This document shows, in pieces, positions 17,750 to 23,459 of a DNA stretch of 23,459 nucleotides. Location: assembly GCA_037380845.1 (NCBI GenBank), contig JARRRI010000044.1, forward strand, positions 1-23,459, given 5' to 3'. This stretch comes from Candidatus Sulfobium sp. GTDB lineage: Bacteria > Nitrospirota > Thermodesulfovibrionia > Thermodesulfovibrionales > UBA6898. Every line of letters begins with the position of its first letter. Position 1 is the first letter of the stretch. A program made the position numbers and the translations under genes. Under the pieces are notes generated by a model. That model worked only from the letters and a program-made list of their open reading frames with translations. It was not told the DNA's origin and did not search any database.

Positions 17750-18972
17750 AAAGATTGAAAGTGCTTGTCTCCGCCTATGCCTGTGAGCCTGACAAAGGCT
17801 CCGAGCCGGGAGTAGGGTGGAACTGGGTGAATCAGATTGCGCGGTTCTGCGAGACATGGGTCATCACCCGCGAGAACAACAGGAACTCCATAGAGGCCGC
17901 GATGACGAAAGGGCACCGACCGGACCTGCATTTTGTCTATTATGATTTGCCCTCATGGATGAGCTTCTGGAAGAGAGGGCCCAAGCGCATGCACCTGTAT
18001 TATCTCCTGTGGCAGGCAGCTATCTGGAAAATTGCCAGGGAACTCCACGGCCGGGAGAAGTTCCATCTTGTGCATCATATTACCTTTGGAAGTATCTTTC
18101 TGCCGACGTTTCTGCCCATGTTTCCCGTTCCCTTTATATGGGGACCGCTCGGCGGCGCTGAGCGGGTGCCGCGTACATTCCGGAGGACCTGGCGAGTGCG
18201 TCCCCGGCTGAAGGAGGCCTTTCGCGACCTCCTTGTCAAAACGCTTCGGGCTAATCCGCTGTTTCTTCTTGCCTGCAGGAAGGCGGTCGTGATCTTTTCT
18301 AAGACAGAGGAGTCCGCGTGCCGAATCCCGGTCCAGTACAGGGCGAAAGTGGCTGTGGCAACGGACGTAGGTGTCTTCCTGCATTCATTTTCGGGCGCGG
18401 CAAGCGGGACAGACAGCCAGCAGGTGCTCATGGTAGGAAGCCTTGAGGCATGGAGAGGGTTCGATCTCGCCATTCGTGCCTTTGCCGCTGTTGCTGGGGA
18501 ATTTACCGAACTGAGACTCGTTATTGTGGGAGACGGGGCCGAGAGGGCCAGGCTGGCCCAATTGTGCCACGGGCTCGGCATTGAAGATAAGGTCCTGTTC
18601 GCAGGGAAGGTTTCACAGGCGGAGTACAGGGATTACTTGGCCGAAAGCGCAATCGTAATGAATCCATGTATGAAGGAGGGCGGTGTCACGGTGCTGTTCG
18701 ATGCCCTGCTAAGTGGCAAACCGGTAATCTGCCTTGACGTGGCGGGCAGCTCCCAGATAGTGACCGATGAGTGCGGAATGCGTGTAAGACTCTCTACCCC
18801 AGAGGTAACTGTAGCGGGCCTCGGAAAGGCCCTTGCAACGCTGGCTTCCGACCGGATCCTCAGAGAGCGAATGGGCGAGGCCGGCAGAATTCTGGTCTCC
18901 CGGCAGCACGGTTGGGACAGGAAAGGTGAGTTTATACGCCGGGCATACGAAGGCATAGAATTGGCTTTATGA
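17746..18972 (+). CDS. Glycosyltransferase family 4
   Basis: SAYACEPDKGSEPGVGW N-terminus, IVGDGAER, and KEGGVTVLFDALLSGKPVIC (EX7E-like motif with D in the second position). Confidence 0.88.
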   Translation: MKRLKVLVSAYACEPDKGSEPGVGWNWVNQIARFCETWVITRENNRNSIEAAMTKGHRPDLHFVYYDLPSWMSFWKRGPKRMHLYYLLWQAAIWKIARELHGREKFHLVHHITFGSIFLPTFLPMFPVPFIWGPLGGAERVPRTFRRTWRVRPRLKEAFRDLLVKTLRANPLFLLACRKAVVIFSKTEESACRIPVQYRAKVAVATDVGVFLHSFSGAASGTDSQQVLMVGSLEAWRGFDLAIRAFAAVAGEFTELRLVIVGDGAERARLAQLCHGLGIEDKVLFAGKVSQAEYRDYLAESAIVMNPCMKEGGVTVLFDALLSGKPVICLDVAGSSQIVTDECGMRVRLSTPEVTVAGLGKALATLASDRILRERMGEAGRILVSRQHGWDRKGEFIRRAYEGIELAL

Positions 18973-20162
18973 AGATTCTTGTAATTCATAACTTGCACCG
19001 CTCGGGTTCCGCCAGTGGCGATGACGGCGTATACTCCAGAGAGGCAGCGCTTCTTGAAAAGATGGGACATAAAGTCATCCGTTACACCCTATCCAACGAC
19101 GAATTCGACCGCAAAGGTTCGCTCGGCAAGACCTCGGTCGCCTTCCAGATCCCGTGGTCGATGACGTCTGCGAGGACCATCCTTGACATTGTGCGAAAAG
19201 AGCGACCGGGTGTCGCGCACGTTCATAATTTCTTTCCCCTTCTGTCTCCTTCCATCTATTACACACTGAAAGCAGAGGGGGTACGCGTTGTCCAGACGCT
19301 CCATGATTTCAGGTTTATGTGTGCAAACGCCTTCTTCATGCGCGACGGCCTTATTTGCGAGGATTGCAAGGGGGGCCCATCGCTCAGGAGCGTCAAGTAT
19401 GGCTGTTTCAAAGGGTCGAGGCTCCAGACGATCCCGGTGGCGGCTATGATAAAGCTTCATTCGATGCGCGGCACTTTTAGGCGAAAAATAGACACTTATA
19501 TATGCCTGACCGATTTCCAGCGTGATATATTTGGCGGTGCCGGCTTTGAGAGGGCGAAGCTGGTAGTCAAGCCGAACTTCGTCGAAGATAGAACTTCGGG
19601 CGTTGCAAAAGCAGGCGAATATGCGATCTTCGTTGGGAGATTGGGCGAGGAGAAGGGGGTCAGAACGCTGATCGAGGCATGGAAGAACTTGCCCGAGATT
19701 CCTCTCAAGATCGTGGGAGACGGTCCTGACGCCGCTGCCTTCCGTGCTCTCGCCAGCGCCAGAAATGCAGAAAATGTCGAATTTCTCGGGTACCTATCTA
19801 ACACTGAGTGCATGAAGATTCTCAGTTCGGCCCGTTTCCTTGTAATGCCCTCGATCTGGCACGAGACTTTTGGGCTTACTGCAGTGGAAGCTTTTTCTTG
19901 CGGGAAACCCGTGATTGCTTCAAACCTGGGTGGAATGGCAGACATCGTGGATGACGGCAGAACCGGATTCCTCTTTGCTCCCGGCGATCCTGCGGATCTC
20001 GCTCAAAAGGTCTCTGAACTATGGAATGATCCACGCGGTTGTGAAGCGATGGGAAGGGCAGCCAGGCAGGAATATGAAGAGAAATACACGCCGGAACGCA
20101 ACCATGAAATGCTGATGTCAATTTACAGCGCTGTGATCGCCGGAAGTAAGGGTAATTCGTAG
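18969..20162 (+). CDS. Glycosyltransferase family 4
   Basis: HVHNFFPLLSPS, TLHDFRFMC...CEDC...C, VGRLGEEKG and ETFGLTAVEA motifs. Confidence 0.92.
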   Translation: MKILVIHNLHRSGSASGDDGVYSREAALLEKMGHKVIRYTLSNDEFDRKGSLGKTSVAFQIPWSMTSARTILDIVRKERPGVAHVHNFFPLLSPSIYYTLKAEGVRVVQTLHDFRFMCANAFFMRDGLICEDCKGGPSLRSVKYGCFKGSRLQTIPVAAMIKLHSMRGTFRRKIDTYICLTDFQRDIFGGAGFERAKLVVKPNFVEDRTSGVAKAGEYAIFVGRLGEEKGVRTLIEAWKNLPEIPLKIVGDGPDAAAFRALASARNAENVEFLGYLSNTECMKILSSARFLVMPSIWHETFGLTAVEAFSCGKPVIASNLGGMADIVDDGRTGFLFAPGDPADLAQKVSELWNDPRGCEAMGRAARQEYEEKYTPERNHEMLMSIYSAVIAGSKGNS

Positions 20163-21126
20163 TGAGAATCGCATTGGTCGGTTCCCGCGGCATACCCTGT
20201 ACATACGGAGGATTTGAGACATTCGCGGAGCGGCTTTCTGTCGGGCTGATCGGTAAAGGCCATGATGTTATCGTCTATGGTCACCTGGACAGTCTTTCGA
20301 AGGAACGTGAGCAAGACTTCAAAGGAATCCGATGTATCAACTTTACGGCCCCTTCTATAAGGGCCTTTCCGAAACTGGTGCTTTCCTTCAAGGGGACTTT
20401 TCATTCCCTGAAGAAAAAGCCTGACATTGTTCCGAGCGGATTGCGGCGAAAACCTGCAGGGCAGTGGTGGCCGATTCACTTGCACTCGTGGATATATATC
20501 GGCAACTTTATTCTGTCGACTCAGTATTTATTCCTTACGGTGCGGATGTTGCTGAATCAGTGCCGGATGATGCCCTCCGGGACTTCGGCCTGGAAGCCCG
20601 CGGTTATATTCTGCAATCATGCCGGCTTGAACCTGAAAACAACGTCCATCTTGTGATCGAAGGATATCTAAAATCAAAAAAGGTTTTCCCGCTGGTCATT
20701 TTAGGTGATGCACCATTGGGCGATGCGTACAAGGCGAGGCTTATGAACCTGGCCGACAGCAGGGTCAGGTTTCTCGGATCTGTATACGGTCCGGCATATA
20801 AACAGATAGTCGCCCATTCTGCGCTATATATTCACGCTCATGAAGTGGGAGGCACAAACCCTTCGCTCCTTGAAGCGATGGCGGCGGGCATCGCACCGCT
20901 TTATCTCGACGTTCCATTCAACCGGGAAGTCGTGGGAGAGGTAGGGTTTCCGTTCGTGAAAGACGCTTCATCATTATCGACACTTATAGATGAGATGACG
21001 CGACTGCTGGAAGAGGTGGAGTCGCGGTCCATCCGTGCAAAAGAGATTATCAGGGAGCGGTATTCCTGGGAGTCCGTAGTCGACAGCTACGAAAAACTCT
21101 TTTTCGAACTGACCGGAGAGAAATAG
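20162..21126 (+). pseudogene. GT4 glycosyltransferase (DUF1972/WchF-like), internally deleted and frameshifted
   Basis: N-part GSRGIPCTYGGFETFAERL...KKKPDIV, then another frame from 20431: SERIAAKTCRAVVADS...RLEPENN...HEVGGTNPSLLEAMA. The intervening N.DG.EW segment is missing. Confidence 0.82.
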
Positions 21127-21128
21127 CC

Positions 21129-22292
21129 GTGGCTCGTTATCTTGATGCTGAGGAAAAGGCCTGTATTTCCCTCTCTTCGCCGAATCCCGCTCCGACCAAG
21201 TTGGAGCAGGTCGAGCATAGCATTTCTTCCGGCAAGTCTTTCGATTTCCGGAAGCTGCTGGCCCTCGCCGGCAATAACGGCGTCCTGCCCTTCCTATACA
21301 GAAACCTTGCGGGATCTTCGGCTATCCCGCCGGAGATATTGGAGAGCCTCAGGCATGCTTATCTTGCGACAGCCCGCTCGAACGTGCTGAATGCGGAGGA
21401 GACGTTAAGGATCATCCGGTCATTGAGAATGGCCGGCATCGATGCTATTCCCCTCAAGGGTTCGATCGCCTCTGAGACCCTGTTCGGTGATCCCGGGCTC
21501 TACCTTGCAACGGACATCGACATACTTGTTAGGCTCGCGGATCTCGGTGAGGCAAAAGACGTTCTTTTGAAGGACGGTTATGAGTGTGATGAGGCCGGCG
21601 AGAGAGACCTGCTCTCTTCCCATTACCACCTTAATTTCCATAGAGGGGGCAATCATGTCGAACTCCACTGGAACCTTGCGAAAAGATATTTGGACGTTCC
21701 TCCGGCGTTCTGGTGGGAAGATACCCGGACAGCGGAATACAACGGCAGATCCCTCACGACGCTTTCTCCCGAGCGATACCTCCTCTACGCCATCTTCCGC
21801 CTCTTCGATCATGGATTCACACCGCTCAAGTTCCTTGTATTCATATCGGCACTTCTGGATGCTTGTGGCCACGAAATAAACTATCCGAAACTGATCTTCC
21901 TCGCGGGGAAGCTTAAGATGAAAAGGCTTACTCTTTTTACTCTGCGGATATTGAATGAAATATATGGCAGTGTTCCCCCGGAATTTGAGAAATTGCAGAA
22001 GATGACGGGATATGAGGTCCTTAGAAAAAGAATCCTCAAGGGTCTGGTCGATTCGGAAAACAGGATACATCTTAATATGGTACTGTACATGTTTTTGCTG
22101 GATTCGCCTGCTGAAGTCGTGAGAATCCTGGTACGCCGGGTCTTCCCGAGCGTGGGTGAGATACGGCTCCGGTACAGCCTGTCCGGGCGGCCCGGGAAGA
22201 TAGTTCTCTACTATCTCCTTAACCCCATGCTCCTCGCGACGCGCAAGCAAAAAGCGGTGAACAGGTGGACAGGGAAAAGGCAAGAAGATTAA
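21129..22292 (+). CDS. Uncharacterised nucleotidyltransferase family protein (NTP_transf_5-like)
   Basis: IPLKGS, TDIDILV and VELHW motifs, preceded by a helical N-terminal region typical of the family. Confidence 0.82.
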   Translation: MARYLDAEEKACISLSSPNPAPTKLEQVEHSISSGKSFDFRKLLALAGNNGVLPFLYRNLAGSSAIPPEILESLRHAYLATARSNVLNAEETLRIIRSLRMAGIDAIPLKGSIASETLFGDPGLYLATDIDILVRLADLGEAKDVLLKDGYECDEAGERDLLSSHYHLNFHRGGNHVELHWNLAKRYLDVPPAFWWEDTRTAEYNGRSLTTLSPERYLLYAIFRLFDHGFTPLKFLVFISALLDACGHEINYPKLIFLAGKLKMKRLTLFTLRILNEIYGSVPPEFEKLQKMTGYEVLRKRILKGLVDSENRIHLNMVLYMFLLDSPAEVVRILVRRVFPSVGEIRLRYSLSGRPGKIVLYYLLNPMLLATRKQKAVNRWTGKRQED

Positions 22293-22514
22293 CAGGCGAA
22301 AAGGGCGAAGGGGATAAGAGGAAGTCGGCTGCGTTGAGAGTGAGAAATGCACCGGGCTGATAAAGAATGCTGAAGGGATTTCTCATATGCTGAACGGCTA
22401 GTTCGGAAACGCAAGACCTTTTAACCTGGTAATGCAAATTCTTCTTTACTTTATCGGGTGACTTTTTTTAATGTTGATGCATCTATGATTTCGGGCAGCT
22501 AGGGAGGACCTGTC

Positions 22515-23459
22515 GTGGAAATGATTTTCATCAGAGCAGCTCTTGCCTTCCTGGCGGCACTCGGTGTCACCGTTCTTGTTCTGCCGCGTCTGGGTCACCT
22601 GGCCCGGAACATCGGGTTGCTCGATATGCCCAACGAGAGGAAGGTTCACAATAGTCCCAAGCCTCTCGTGGGGGGCCTGGGGATTGTGCTCGGCCTCCTG
22701 TTCAGCAGCCTGCTCTTTGTTCCCCTCACCTATCTCCGGGGATATTATGCCGGCGTTTTTTCTCTGGTCATCATAGGTTTTTTCGACGACTTCAGGGAGT
22801 TGAACCACCGGTGGAAGTTTGTCGCCCAGTTTTTTGCGGCCGCCCTGATGATCTATTTCAGCCATGCCTTTCTTTTCTCCTTCGGCGACCTTCTGTGGAC
22901 CGGTCCTGTTTACCTGGGGGCCGCCGGTATACCGATGACCATATTCTGCGCGGTGGGGGTCATCAATGCTGTCAACATGGTCGACGGTCTGGACGGCCTT
23001 GCGGGTGGTATCTCCCTGATCGCCTTCCTTTCTTTTGCTTTTTTGGCCTATGTCAATAACCAGCCGGAGTTGATGCTGCTGAGTCTGGCCCTGGCCGGTG
23101 CGGTGATCGGCTTTATCCGCTATAACTGGTACCCGGCAAAGCTTTTCCTCGGTGACGGAGGGAGTTTGCTCCTGGGGTTCTCCGTGGCTTTCCTTTCCAT
23201 AGCAGTTACTCAAAAGGAAGGCGGTCTTGTGCCTCCGGTTGCGGCCCTGCTTGTGGTTGCCTTCCCGGTGGCGGATGCGGTAACAGTGATGCTTAAAAGG
23301 GGCGTGAAGGGCAGGAGCCCGTTTTATGCCGACAAGACACACTTCCACCATATTCTGCTCCTGCTGGGCTATTGCAAAAGATCTGCTGACAGGACAATTT
23401 TTGCGGTGTCGGGCCTTTTGTCGGCAGTGGCCGTTCTGGGGACGCTTTATCATGTCCGA
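22515..23459 (+). CDS. wecA: Undecaprenyl-phosphate GlcNAc-1-phosphate transferase (WecA/TagO, MraY family), 3'-truncated by window
   Basis: Not in the ORF track; hand translation from GTG 22515 (GGAGG at 22503-22507) gives LLDMPNERKVH..PKPLVGG, GFFDD, NAVNMVDGLDGLAGG, FLGDGGS and ADKTHFHH. Confidence 0.88.
   Translation, partial: MEMIFIRAALAFLAALGVTVLVLPRLGHLARNIGLLDMPNERKVHNSPKPLVGGLGIVLGLLFSSLLFVPLTYLRGYYAGVFSLVIIGFFDDFRELNHRWKFVAQFFAAALMIYFSHAFLFSFGDLLWTGPVYLGAAGIPMTIFCAVGVINAVNMVDGLDGLAGGISLIAFLSFAFLAYVNNQPELMLLSLALAGAVIGFIRYNWYPAKLFLGDGGSLLLGFSVAFLSIAVTQKEGGLVPPVAALLVVAFPVADAVTVMLKRGVKGRSPFYADKTHFHHILLLLGYCKRSADRTIFAVSGLLSAVAVLGTLYHVR

Noticed and set aside
21129..22292. Lasso peptide or toxin-antitoxin role for the nucleotidyltransferase
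   Set aside because: No precursor, cyclase, B protein or HEPN partner in the window; the context is purely polysaccharide biosynthesis.
21420..23453. Minus-strand ORFs of 310 aa and 335 aa
   Set aside because: Antisense to the nucleotidyltransferase and to wecA; wecA is missing from the ORF track, probably because it has no stop in the window.

Overview
Bacterial chromosomal window; the gene styles suggest Nitrospirota or a deltaproteobacteria-like lineage (inference only). The left part (1-5442) is housekeeping: the 3' part of an S1-domain/RpsA-type gene (+) converges on a minus-strand HAD hydrolase-folD-uvrB run. The right part (5867 to the end, all + strand) is a Wzx/Wzy-type surface polysaccharide locus. 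In order it holds a deleted and frameshifted CpsB-type phosphatase, an RfaH-like antiterminator, a sigma70 promoter with an ops-like element, an EPS-type MarR regulator, a UDP-uronate 4-epimerase, a WbpA-type dehydrogenase, Wzx, GT2, Wzy, GT2, a nucleotidyltransferase/P-loop kinase fusion, an APH-like kinase, three GT4s (one deleted and frameshifted), an NTP_transf_5-type nucleotidyltransferase and a WecA-type gene running off the end. Most notable: (1) a possible kinase plus nucleotidyltransferase glycan-modification module; (2) a complete RfaH/promoter/ops set; (3) short-period (7-10 nt) inverted-repeat elements in nearly every intergenic gap, one family bracketing the regulator and sugar genes; (4) a FolD lacking the cyclohydrolase Lys and Gln, with a ~23-aa insertion; (5) two similar-sized internal deletions that both join at TTCCG. 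All family calls come from motif recognition by eye; no database searches were run.
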